Assembly: GCF_006345805.1 (NCBI RefSeq)
Contig: NC_043012.1
Span: forward strand, 33,418,001 to 33,482,000
Length of the DNA stretch: 64,000 nucleotides
Reading direction: 5' to 3'
Source of the DNA: Octopus sinensis
Lineage: Eukaryota
The position numbers were made by a program, and so were the translations under genes. Numbering within the stretch: position 1 is the stretch's first letter; the number at the start of each line of letters is the position of its first letter. Below are positions 1 to 12,200 of this stretch, piece after piece. The notes beneath the pieces were generated by a model. It was given only the letters and a program-made list of their open reading frames with translations. It did not search any database and was not told the DNA's origin.

Positions 1-49
<49 letters not shown>

Positions 50-724
50 CATACATACATACATACATACATACGTACATACATACGTACATACATACAT
101 ACACATACATACATACATACACACACATACATACATACATACATACATACATGCATACACATACATACATATACATACATACACACACATACATACATAC
201 ATGCATACATACATGCATACATACATACATACATACACATACATACATACATACATACGTACATACATACATACATACATACATACATACGTACATACTT
301 ACGTACATACATACATACACATACATACATACACATACATACATACATACATACATACATGCATACACATACTTACATACATACATACATAAATACATAC
401 ATACATACATACATGCATGCATACATACATACACATACATACATACATACGTACATACATACATACATACATACATACATACATACACATACATACATAC
501 ACACACACACATAATACATACATACATACATACATAGATATACATACATACATACACACACATACATACATACATACATACATACATACGTACATACATA
601 CATACATACACACACACACATAATACATACATACATACATACATAGATATACATACATACATACACACACATACATACATACATACATACATACATACGT
701 ACATACATACATACATACATACAT

Positions 725-755
<31 letters not shown>

Positions 756-908
756 TAATACATACATACATACATACATAGATATACATACATACATACA
801 CACACATACATACATACATACATACATACATACATACATACGTACATCTACATACACACATACATACATACATACATACATACATACATACATACATACA
901 TGCATACA
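1..908. repeat. Compound (CA)n/(ACAT)n microsatellite
   Basis: Directly visible; source of the HTYI/VCMY ORFs. Confidence 0.97.
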
Positions 909-1653
909 TGCATATTTTGCTTTTCTTATTCTATTGTTCTGGATTAAATAAGAACATTGAATTCAGATGATGTAGGTGCATATTTGTCAAACTGCACCTG
1001 CAATTGTGCAGCCGGAAGTAAAGCCATTATAAATATTGCCTTATTGTTTGTTTTAGGCAACATCTTATTTATTTTATGCTATCAACTTGATGCACATTAC
1101 TGCACCACTCGATGCAATTTATAAATATATAATCTGTGGATTGAAAGACATTAAGAAATTTGCCTTTTGTGTAAATGTTTGCGTGCACCAGCTCGTGCAT
1201 CCGTGCAGTTTTTATATACGTTTAAGCGAGCATATATAAAAGCGTTCATGTGTGGTTTTAAGCGCGTGAATGGACGTGTATGTTTTGCATTACCACACAC
1301 AAACACACACACACACACACACAAACACATATACATACACACATATGTTTAGGGGTCGATACGGAAGCTCGATAGATCTGAATTGAAATGTTAGTTCCTT
1401 CAAAAATTTACTCTGTTGACCTCTGTATACGCATCTTGTACTCTGCCTGTACATATACATAGGCTAAGGATTGTACTTTGCCATGGTTGCCAATTGTGCC
1501 ACTTCAAGTATTTCCTGACCACTGGACTTCATTAACCCAAAAGAGATTGTGAAACTAAATCCTGATATATTGTTGCTTTGGTTCTCTGTTTTCTCTATTA
1601 CAGCACATTTTAATTTACAACAACAACAACAACAACAACAATAATAATAATAA

Positions 1654-1858
1654 TCCTATCTACTATGGGCACAAGGCCTGAAATTTTGGGGGAGGGGACT
1701 AGTCGATTACATCGATTTCAGTCTTTCACTGGTACTTAATTTATCGATCCAGAAATGATGAAAAGCAAAGTCGGAATTTGAACTCACAACGTAGTGACGG
1801 GTGAAATGCCGCTAAGCATTTTTGTCAAGCGTGCTATCGATTCTGCCAGCTTACTGCC
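1654..1858 (-). mobile_element. tRNA-derived SINE family A, single-module copy, diverged
   Basis: The reverse complement matches the GGCGAGCTGGCAGAA head, GAGTTCAAATTCC B-box and TAAATTAAGTACCAG body of the other family A copies here. Confidence 0.8.
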
Positions 1859-2064
1859 TTAATCATAATCATAATAATAATAATAGTCCTTTCTACTATA
1901 GGCACAAGGCCTGAAATTTTGGGGAAGGGAGCAAATTGTTCAATTATATCTTTTTCCTTCTCTCATTAATTGGTTTATAATTATCGTACAACCTTCCTTC
2001 TGTTTAATAAATACGTTCCTCATTAACTATGATGACTCAGCAATATAACGGATATATCTTTTAT

Positions 2065-2427
2065 CTTCCTTTTTCTCGTACTTGCTTCAGTCGTCAAACT
2101 GCGGCCATGCTGGAGCACCACCTTGAAGAATTTTTAATCGAATTAATTGACCCCAGTACTGTTTTTTTTTAAAACTTGGTTTTATCGGTTCCTTTTGCCG
2201 AGCCGTTTAATTACGGGGACGTAAACACACCAACACCAGTTGTCAAGCATAGTGAGGGACAAATACAAACACAAACACACACACACACATATGACGGGCT
2301 TCTTTCACTTTCCGTCTACCAAACCAACTCACAAGGCTTTGGTCGGCCCGAGGCTATAGTAGAAGACATTTGCCCAAAGTGCCACGCAGTGGGACTGAAC
2401 ACGGAACCATGTGATTGGCAAGCAACC
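2065..2427 (-). mobile_element. tRNA-derived SINE family B
   Basis: Reverse-complement homology to 40191-40605 and 54083-54490 (GGTTCAGTCCCACTGCGTGG; GTGCTCCAGCATGGCCGCAG). Confidence 0.85.
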
Positions 2428-2882
2428 GATTTGCTCCGCAAAATAGAGATAACGACGATCTTTCTTGGCTTATAGCTAAGTTGCTGATAGCAAAGACGAT
2501 CTTCCCTATAGTTTGGTCAATCCAAAATACCTGGACAAAATATTGGTGAACCCGAAGCTATAGCAGAAGGAATTTACCAAAAGTGCCGTGTGGTTGTCTG
2601 TTTTTCAAATCAGACTTCTTAACTACACTGCTACGCCTGCCTCCTCATCAAATTAAAATTTGACTGCTATTTCTTGCAGGTCAACCACACGACTTGGTTG
2701 CTCTTGGTAGCTGTGGTTTAGAGTAATGAAGAGGGCGAAGTTAAAGATAACAGAGACCAAGGCGTTTGCAGCATCTGTATGTGTATTTGCATTTATATGC
2801 GGACGTGTGTAATGTGTAGGAGTATTTGTGTGTATGTGCTTGGGTGTACTTGTATGCTTGTGTGTGCTTGTGGACGTCTGTG

Positions 2883-2932
<50 letters not shown>

Positions 2933-3715
2933 GATGTAACGGATGCAAAGCAGGAAACAAATATGCCGGCTACAAGAGTTTATTGCATCCAAGTCAGCTG
3001 GAAATTGGGGGTAGGATGAAGGAAGAGGAGCGAAAAGGAAAGGAGGAGGAGGAGAGGGATGAAAGCGAGGGGAGGAGAGAGAGAGAATGAGAGTAAGGGG
3101 AGGAGATTTATTTAATAGGAAAGTGTGTGCGTGTGTGTGTGTGTGATGTGGGGAGCAGTAAAGGTTGGGGCACGCATTAATCAAATAATCTTAATTATAA
3201 TCTGGTTGAATATTTATGTATTCTAAAGAGGTGTACATAAAATGATAATATCAAGCGCTGTTTATCCCCCCTTTTTCCTATTATATCCAAGGGAAACACC
3301 TACGTGGCTGTTCAACTTTCTAGAAACGACAACCAAATTTCCCTCAAACCACACCGTATCGTTTGAGATAAAGAAAGGCCACATTAGATGACATAGTCCC
3401 AATGTATCCTTAAAATACGGCGAGTCACGGTTGAAATGCCTTTGGACCACTCGCGAGGTCAATGCTGTTGGCGTTATTTTTTTAAGCATTTGTAATTCGA
3501 TATTCTAGCGAATATCTCGTTATTCATTGAATGCCCGTGACGCGAATGTAAACCCACAGATATAGAGTTCGGTTTCCTCAACAGCTAAGTCTATGTCAGA
3601 CAATCTGCCATCGTACCACTCTACCTTAGATTTCTCGGCCAGTTACTTAGTGTTCTTGAATAAATAGTAACATCAGTCTTAATCTCAAAAGCTGGAAGTA
3701 GCAATACACGAGGTG

Positions 3716-3983
3716 CAGGGCCAGTTTTAAGTCCATTAAACAGATTTGTTCAAATTGGGTTCCGCGCCAAGAGAGGGCCCAACACTCACGCTCAAGCGGA
3801 AGGTGCTATGATGAATGTTTAGTAAATCATTGTGGTTAATGGTGGAGCCCCAATCCCTCAACGCTTCTTAGCTGGAACTGCCGTACTACACAAAACATAA
3901 AACATCGATCCTCAGTTTTGTAGAGTAGAGGGATCCACTGACATTTCTCTAATTGGGCCCTGCACTACCTAGAGCCGGCCCTG
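3716..3983. mobile_element. hAT-type MITE (~268 bp)
   Basis: Termini CAGGGCCAGTTTTAAG and revcomp CAGGGCCGGCTCTAGG; the 8-bp flanks acgaggtg/ccgaagtc match at 5/8; homologous copy at 39019-39288. Confidence 0.7.
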
Positions 3984-4124
3984 CCGAAGTCATACTTTAC
4001 CAATTAATGAACTATTTTGTCCATTTTGTTCATAGGATCGGTCTTGTACTGCTAATTTATGAGATTGTATGAGGAACATAATTCTAAAAAAGGGTTAAAT
4101 TACTTACTTGTACTTGTACTTGTG

Positions 4125-4460
4125 GCGACATTCACCCTGGGCAGGTTGAGTTGGCTTCTTCCTTGGAAGAAGTTTCGTGGGAATATGTGGATTTCACAAG
4201 CGGTCCCCAACAATCCCGCATGTGGAGACATCCTGTTTGCCGCAGATTGTCCGCAGACGCAGGGACAGAACGACCGAGGAGCCGCCGGTTGCCGAAGCAG
4301 ACACTCCGAGGATTTTCACCACTCGGTGTCAGACCAATCCGCCTTGGGTGACCCTACCAGGAACCGAAGTTTCCGACGGCATAGCTCTGACACTACCCGT
4401 TGCCCGCGTCCCCACCACGGTGACGAGGGGATGGACTTTGGCCAAAGAAGACTTGAAGTA
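4125..4460 (+). mobile_element. Probable RTE-clade LINE 5' UTR fragment
   Basis: GC-richer island with GGGTGACCCTACCAGG...GGCATAGCTCT...CCCCACCACG, resembling a motif I recall upstream of RTE ORFs; no ORF follows. Confidence 0.4.
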
Positions 4461-5686
4461 AATGAAATTCCCATTTTTTTTGTGTTATACGATCGCATTT
4501 GTAAGTGAAAGACTGACCAAGTATTAGGTCAGTACAAATTAAGAACTTATACCAAGTATTTGTCTAAAACAAACTTATTTTTTAAAAAAACGGCATAAAA
4601 ATATATTGTCAGTAGGAATTTTCAGATTTGGATGTTTTAGAATCAAATATCTCAACCGAGTGAAGTTTACCAAACTGTTAGACCATATTTACGATATCAT
4701 ATATGATAAGAAATCAACTTTCTAAAACGTTTACCAAACTATTGTGTGGGTAGTAATACAACCCAGGGTAGAACTAGAGTTAGGAAATGGAAAAACAAAA
4801 AAAAAAAAAAAAAAAAAGAAAAGAAAATTGAAAAAGAGAAAATTGGGGGATGTGAAACGACGGGCCTTTTGTTTCAAGAATGTTGAATGGCAAGCCAGCT
4901 TAAAAGATGTTATCATTGGTCCCTTTCTTAATATATTGCTGTATTTTGTTTAACACGACGGGAGAGGGACTAAGTGTGCGAAGTGTAGATGCGTAGGGAG
5001 TTCTGTAGAAAACTACGATAACAAGGTCACATATAGGAATTGTGTAAAAACAAAATGGGTTAAGTATGCGAATAATGTGTAAAGTGATATTAGTCATTAG
5101 AAGTGATATCTGATAGCAGCTCCATTATTGCACGACATATCTGATAATATTTTGATAAGTTATTCAAAGAGAAGAGGGCGTTGAGTTGATTAAGTATGTG
5201 TGTGTGTGTGTGTGTGTGTTTGGGGAGATGTTGAGGTGAAGACATAACCTTGGGAAGAAAAAAACAACATACAGAGCAATAAGCTAAAAAGTATAAAAAA
5301 AAACTGCATAAAAGTTTAATTTACACTGTCAACACCTTCATTCTCATAATGAATTCTTTGTTTTGTGTTTTTTTAAAATATTTTACAAATATTTTATTGT
5401 TTTGTCTAAGAAGGTAAGAGGGTGCGACTGTCACCAATTCTAAGTGCAATACTACCATCACCAATAATACAACTACCACTATCACTATGACCACCACCAC
5501 CACCACTACTACTATCGCTACGATTTTCGCCATCGTCACATCCTCGACAATCACTGCAATAATCATCATCACCATCTCTAGCACAGTCACCACGATCTCT
5601 GTGTGTGTGTATATGTGTGAGTTTGTGTGGTTGTACGTATGTTTACGCACACGTGTATGTATGAATTATACGTGCATGCATGTATA

Positions 5687-5786
<100 letters not shown>

Positions 5787-5869
5787 CTAGCTGAAGGTGA
5801 CCCGCTCTACGCGCGGGTAAGAGTGTGGTATATATAAATGTATACAAATTATATATATATATATATAGT

Positions 5870-5924
<55 letters not shown>

Positions 5925-5988
5925 GGCGGTGCCCCAGCATGGCCACAGCTCATGAGCTGAAACTGGAAAAATCAAAATCAATCAAATC

Positions 5989-6025
<37 letters not shown>

Positions 6026-7304
6026 ATAAATACATATATATACACTTTGTATATATACATTATATATACATATTTATATATAGATATACACACACACCCA
6101 CACACATATATAAATCAATTTCATTTTGAGGCCTCTGCTAATGTCCTGTGTAAGTGGTCGTCATTGAGAAGTAGTCCGCGCCTCAAACAAGCATCCCTGT
6201 AAGTGGCGCAGATGATACCATCAACCGTGCGAAGATCAGCAAAAGACTTCGGTCTAGTAACTACATGAAGCAGCATTCTCAAAAAGATTTCCTGTTTGGT
6301 AGGATGAATATTATACACACGCCCAATGACGTTCTTCCTAGAAACACCGGGCCAATTGTCAAGTTCTGTTCCATGTGACCTGCGCTTCCAATTATTGTTG
6401 TTGTATGTGTAATGTTCCGGTACTTCAGGGTAAATGAGAGTAGCAGCAAACTCATCAACTGAACACAATTTAAAAAACGCTGTAAGCGTAGTCCCTTTTG
6501 GATTTTCAATGATTTGATGTGCATTTTTCTCTGTGAAGTAAACCAGCTGTCTCTTCTGTAAATGAACATTCAGGTGGAAAACTGATGGTGAGCTTAGATG
6601 AATCTCGTATCGAAAAATGCGCCACGCTGCATAATTGGAGGATACATACCTACCCAAAACGAATTGTTTAATTTCGTCATGTCTAAGGTCTTCATCACTG
6701 AACACAAACACGGCCATATCATCGCCCTTATTAATGTACTTGCAGAGGTATTGTATGCATCTCACCGAACTGCAGTACTCAACATTAATGTGTGCATTAA
6801 ATGTTTTGGAAAGCAAAGGGTTGAATGGAACAATCCAGGCATTATCAACATCGAATGTTATTAACCGTTGTCTAACTCTAGCTGTGCGGCCACCCAAACC
6901 TGTGTGGTGGTGGTAGTGGCGATGATAATTGTCTGTATGAATGCAGACAGACGTGTAGAGAGAGAGAGAGAGAGAGAGAGAGTGAAAGCGCTGTAGAACG
7001 CCGTTTGACGATTCGACGTTATATAAAGAAAGTGATGGGAAGGGAGGAAATAGAGTGAGTGAGTGAGTAAGACAGATACATAAAAGACTGAGAGTGGACT
7101 TGTCAAAGTGGGTTTTTGGCCCTAGCAACGATACCTTTTAAGATAGGAATTTCTAACGTAGCCCACGGGCATCGTCACCTCATTTTACATGTCCCTGTAA
7201 ATTTTGGAGTCAATCCGACGGGATGTAGTGGCGTTGAAAGCGGGCCAAGCGGTCGAGTCAAACAAACAAACAAACTTTTCGCATTTCAGTTTTATAAATA
7301 GAGA
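5787..7304 (-). mobile_element. Internally deleted Helitron with both termini
   Basis: On the minus strand: 5' TC at 7304 after an A; 3' hairpin ACCCGC-7nt-GCGGGT (5800-5818), then CTAG (5787-5790) before a T; RepHel coding fragment inside in the same orientation. Confidence 0.8.
6121..6865 (-). pseudogene. Helitron RepHel fragment (end of Rep domain and linker)
   Basis: Translation DNAWIVPFNPLLSKTFNAHINVEYC...YLCKYINKGDD...RYVSSNYAAWRIF...TTLTAFF...LRMLL...SFADLRTVDG...YRDACLRRGLL is typical of Helitron RepHel. Confidence 0.92.
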
Positions 7305-7310
7305 TATCTA

Positions 7311-7500
7311 TAGGGAGAGTTTACGAAAAAAACAAAAGACGAAGACAGGTGGTGTACAAAACAAACAGATGTATTAGTATAACGCTCAGGGATAGGAAAA
7401 AGTATTTTACGTTTCGAGCCTACGCTCTTCTACAGAAAGGGACACAGAAAAAAACAAGGAGAGAAAAATATGTGCGTAGTGGCTAACGATCTATCATGGC
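7311..7500 (-). mobile_element. ~190-bp PLE-like non-autonomous repeat, copy 1
   Basis: Near-identical to 9416-9600; contains a hammerhead-like motif; next to (AT)n-rich tracts. Confidence 0.6.
7405..7438 (-). ncRNA. Minimal type I hammerhead-like motif, A6U core variant
   Basis: Minus strand TTT-CTGTAGA-A-GAGC GTAG GCTC-GAA-ACGT-A-AAA: 4-bp stem II, palindromic ACGT stem III, GUA site. Confidence 0.55.
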
Positions 7501-7603
7501 GACTGATAGATATGTCTATTTATATATATGTATATCATGGCGACTGATATATGTGTATGTGTATATAGACATACACATATACATACGTGCACATATATAT
7601 ACG

Positions 7604-7642
<39 letters not shown>

Positions 7643-8105
7643 ACCGTTCGGTATTTGTCTATTTGTCGAGACTAAACTTCAAGCATTCTAACAAGTAGCT
7701 AACTTCAGTTTGTCCTTCGCGCATGCGCACTCCTTAGATGCTTGACGCTTCAATGTTGTTCATGGTAAACCTGCGGCAAGACAGGTTGTATATATTTTTT
7801 TTTGCTACAGGGACCATCCTGAAAATGGAGAACCCAACTGAACGTTATCGACACCTCATGAAGGACTCTCCCGTGGAAACGCGTCGTTTGAGTGTTCAGC
7901 TCTTGCCGAACAACCCAAACAAATGATTTGTTCGTAATGGTCAAATGTATATGCTGTACAATCAGCTCATTCCCTCCATCAAATCGGCGCTGCCTGAATA
8001 GGTGCACGGTGTACAACGAGTCAGGATCCGAAGAGGTTGCAGAGCAACGTAAGATGAAGAGTATTGCGCCAGAACACAATGACTTGGAACTGAATCCACG
8101 GTTAA

Positions 8106-8323
8106 GGCGATGAGCTGGTAGAAACGTTAGCACGCCGGGTGAAATGCTTGGCAGTATTTTGTCTGCCGTTACGTTCTGAGTTCAAATTCCGCCGAGGTCA
8201 ACTTGGCCTTTCATAAATTAAGTACCAGTTACGCACTGGGGTCGATGTAATCGACTTAATCTGTTTGTCTCTCCTTGTTTGTCCCCTCTGTGTTTAGCCC
8301 CTTGTAGGTAGTAAAGAAATAGG
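8106..8323 (+). mobile_element. SINE family A, one module
   Basis: Head GGCGATGAGCTGG, B-box GAGTTCAAATTCC, body shared with 11058 and 63112. Confidence 0.88.
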
Positions 8324-9017
8324 AACGACAAGGATCATCTTGTCATCCTTAATGATGACTGACGACTTGCACGATGACTTAGTTTAAAGTGAAGAAAAGT
8401 TGCGCACCGTTAACCTCACTCTCTCCTCTGTGACCGTCTTCAGTCCAGAGTCAAGACCAGGTCAAGTCGACTGGAGATGGAGACAGATGCAATGGATGAT
8501 CAAGATGTCTTACCTGCTTCATCCTGCTCTCTGTACTCCGCGATGCGTTGAACCATTAAGTTTTCTTCCACAGATTCCGCCTGTTCCGACCTTGCATGCA
8601 TAGGCAGCCAAGCCCTAATATGTTAATTAACCTATAACAGGGATCCTAACATGTGCTACTGCTTCGAATTAGAGCAGACCTAGGAACAACAGTGGCTAAG
8701 GAGTGGGTCCACACTCCACAAAACCAGGAGGCCACTTATTAAGTGCAGTTTAAAGTCATACTGAGACGTTAGTCACTTCAATACACAAAGCTGCTCTTGG
8801 CCTTCCCATTATTTACATATCTGTGGTCACTTCAATAGGCACAGTTTCTTTCGGGCCCTGCCCTCTTTCTGTACCTTTTCTCACTTCAATAGACGCTTTT
8901 GGTCAATAGACGCTGTTGGTCCTCACCCTGCATATCTCATCTATTTTCATTCCTCCACTTCACTCTCTATTTTGTATCTTATATAAATTAACTATTGCTT
9001 AACTATTTTCTCACACC

Positions 9018-9065
9018 GTCTCCGATGAAGGGATATAATAAATATCCTGGAAACAGCTGTAAGAC
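9018..9065 (+). ncRNA. Type I hammerhead-like motif (U4C) in a PLE pLTR-like repeat
   Basis: GTCT-CCGATGA-A-GGGATAT AATAA ATATCCT-G-GAA-ACAGCTGT-A-AGAC; downstream flank homologous to the revcomp of ~49745-49807. Confidence 0.65.
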
Positions 9066-9341
9066 CTTCTATTTATAAATGTTCCGAAATCTTCACAGCC
9101 TTGGTTTTATCTCATTCTGAAAAAAAAATTATATATATATATATGTATATAATTTTTTTCAGTATATATATATATATTTCGTTTTTGGATTTGGTTTGCA
9201 AGATTCTTTGTATGAGATCGTGTGCTGAAGCATATTCTGTTGTGTCTGGGGAGAAAATAAAAATAAGAAATAAGTGGAATTTTACCGGTGAATGTGTTAC
9301 ATTATAAGGCACCAAAAAAATGGCTCTCCCCAGACACAGCA

Positions 9342-9388
<47 letters not shown>

Positions 9389-9415
9389 TATATAATATAT
9401 ATATCTTTATATATA

Positions 9416-9596
9416 TAGGGAGAGTTTACGAAAAAAACACAAAAGACGAAGACAGGTGGTGTACAAAACAAACAGATGTATTAGTATAACGCTCAGGAAT
9501 AGAAAGTCTTTTACGTTTCGAACCTACGCTCTTCTACAGAAAAGGACACAGAAAAAAACAAGGAGAGAAAAATATGTGTGTAGTGGCTAACGATCT

Positions 9597-9600
<4 letters not shown>
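9416..9600 (-). mobile_element. ~190-bp PLE-like repeat, copy 2; hammerhead-like motif at 9508-9543
   Basis: Homologous to 7311-7500; minus strand CTTTT-CTGTAGA-A-GAGC GTAG GTTC-GAAACGT-A-AAAG; flanked by (TA)n on both sides. Confidence 0.6.
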
Positions 9601-9632
<32 letters not shown>

Positions 9633-9946
9633 GTATGTATGTATGTATGTATTATGTATGTATATATACTTGTACACATACAAATATATATATATCGCAC
9701 ATTCATATTGTTTTGTAGTTTCAACTATTTATCCCACCAAGTATATTATGGTAAGCACTCGCCACCCAACCCCACTCCACACCCACTATCACCATTCTGT
9801 CCCTTTCCTTTACTGAATGCACATTGAACCCTATGATCAATACGCAGCCACACAATGGCACACCCCATCCTCAACGGCACACCATCCCCTATGAAATACT
9901 CAATAAAATTTTTGTTCACTCCACTCCCACCCACCCCACCAGCACT

Positions 9947-9977
<31 letters not shown>

Positions 9978-9980
9978 GCA

Positions 9981-10011
<31 letters not shown>

Positions 10012-10259
10012 GGCCTGTGTTTCAAAATGGAGTTAATAAGTGTTTCACAGCTTTAGTTTGCTGAAGCGGTATTGTTTCTTCCCCGCTTTGCGGTTTGTGT
10101 GTGGGCGCGCGTGTGTGGGTGGTTATGTGCGTCTCTGTGTGTATGCATGTGTATATGTGTGTGTGTGTATGTGTGTGTGTGTGTATTCGTATGTGTTCTT
10201 ACCATTTTGTATGACTTTCGTTTTTTGTTTTGTTTTTGTTATTGTTATTAATAAGTTTG

Positions 10260-10780
10260 TTGCCGTTGTTGCTTCTGGCAGTGTTATTGTTGTCGCTGTC
10301 GTCCTCTTCCTCCTCATCTTCCTCCTATTCCTTCCCCACGTCTTCCTTGTCTTCCTCTTCCTCCTCATCTTCCTCCTATTCCTTCCCCACGTCTTCCTTG
10401 TCTTCCTCGTCTTCCACCTCTTCCTCCCCTCTTTCTCCTCATCAACTTAATTCACTTCTTCAACTGCCTCCTCCTCTCCTTCCTCCTTCTTCATCCTCCC
10501 TTCCTTCCACATCCTCTTCTTCCTCTCTCCCTCATCATCTTCCTCTTCGTTTTCCTCCAGCTCTCCTTCCTCCTCCCCTTCTTCTCCCTCTCATCCTCGT
10601 CTTCTTCCTCTTCATTTTCCTCATCCTCGTCTTCTTTCTTGCCCTCCTCTACTTCTTCTTCTTCCTTGGCCGTCTCCTCCCTCTCCTCTTCCTCGTCTTC
10701 TTCGCCCTCTTCTTTCTTCTCATCCTCCCCTTCTCCCCTCCTCCCCTTCCTCTTTGCTGTTGTTGCTATCTCAATCATTG
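10260..10780. repeat. Low-complexity (CTT/CCT)n pyrimidine tract
   Basis: Directly visible; produces poly-Ser/Leu/Glu ORFs. Confidence 0.9.
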
Positions 10781-11057
10781 ATATTGTTGCTATCGCTGGC
10801 TTTACTGTTTGTTGTAAAAAGTTGCAATAGTTGTTGCTGTAACCATTCTCTTAATATGTGTTTTTCATTAAGTCGTGTGCATTAATACGGCGCATGGAGC
10901 AATATCGTCTGGTTGTCAGTGAAGAATTAATCTGCGATGCTTTAAGATCTTGTTAGAATCGAAGGATAAGATAAACAAAAAAAAAAAAACGGAAAACTAG
11001 AAAGTGGAATGCTTGAAGCAATGTTGTTGGAGCTGAGGGAGACGATATTTTATTTTA

Positions 11058-11471
11058 CGGCGAGCTGGCAGAAACGTTAGCGCGCCGGGCGAAATGCTTA
11101 GCGGTATTTCGTCTGCCGTTACGTCCTGAGTTCAAATTCCGCCGAGATCGACTTTGCCTTTCATCCTTTCGGGGATCGATAAATTAAGTACCAGTTACGC
11201 ACGGGGGTCGATAAAATCGACTTAATCCCTTTGTCTGTCCTTGTTTGTCCCCTCTATGTTTAGCCCCTTGTGGGTAGTATAGAAATAGGTATTTCGTTTG
11301 TCGTTACGTTCTGAGATCAAATACCACCGTGGTCGACTTTGCCTTTCATCCTTTCGGTGTCGATAAATTAAGTACCAGTTATGCACTGGGGTCGATGTAA
11401 TCAACTTAATCCGTTTGTCTGTCCTTGGTCGTCCCCTCTATGTTTAGCCCCTTGATGGTAGTAAAGAAATA
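11058..11471 (+). mobile_element. SINE family A with two tandem ~185-bp modules and a 14-bp TSD
   Basis: GATATTTTATTTTA at 11044-11057 and 11472-11485; B-box modules at 11128 and 11313. Confidence 0.9.
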
Positions 11472-11820
11472 GATATTTTATTTTATTTACAATAGTCATT
11501 GTAACATTGGAGTCGGTGGTGTTTAGGGTGATGGAACGATTGGTTGTGGTGGAAGGAGAAGTGATGATAAGAACAGTGGTGGAACTGATGGTTTCAGTAA
11601 TAGCAACTATAATGCAGATTCTGACCGGGCAGATATAAATTATGGCATTTTGATCAAGACTATATTATTGATTATCCTTCTATATTTAAGAAAAGAGGGG
11701 TTGTGATTTGAGGAAGATCATCCGGCTATTTTCGACGTATTGAGCAACTATATAGAGCCGTTCTGGTTGAGCAGTGTGTGTTCCAGATCATGGTAGAACG
11801 GTGACAATTGTGACAGTGGC

Positions 11821-11877
<57 letters not shown>

Positions 11878-11929
11878 TCATTGAAAGTTCTTCATCGTCT
11901 TCTGCAATTCATTTTGACTACTGCATCAG

Positions 11930-12200
11930 ATGTGAAACAAACTCCCTGATTGTGACTCGTATATTCGCGGGAATCAATCGGTCCAGTCGTTGGCAATTTG
12001 TGTCAGTCGCCACAGCTGCTGATCTTCCGCAGTGTGGTTTGTCTTGAATAGTTATGCCTATTTCTTTCAACTTCTTTCAGATCCATCTGTGTACATTGCT
12101 TGTTTCAATGGCGTCTTCTCCGTAAACAATCTCTAGCCTTCTATGAACGCCTACACCTCTCCTTCAAGAACTTAATGCTTGGCGCCCGTTACGTGGCTGC
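11930..12200 (-). pseudogene. Mariner transposase N-terminal HTH fragment, degraded
   Basis: Minus translation VHRRLEIVYGEDAIETSNVHRWI*...IQDKPHCGR resembles the mariner IH.RL..VYG...V..W...D.PRSGRP motif. Confidence 0.7.

Noticed and set aside
151-909. Long ORFs such as MHTHTYIY.../MYVCMYVC... (also many others across the window)
   Set aside because: Translations of (ACAT)n/(AC)n/(AT)n microsatellites, which lack stops in some frames.
7738-8100. Splice-acceptor-like TTTTTTTTTGCTACAG followed by a short ORF (MENPTERYRHLM...)
   Set aside because: Stop after ~30 codons, no recognisable domain or partner exon; could be a decayed mariner start.
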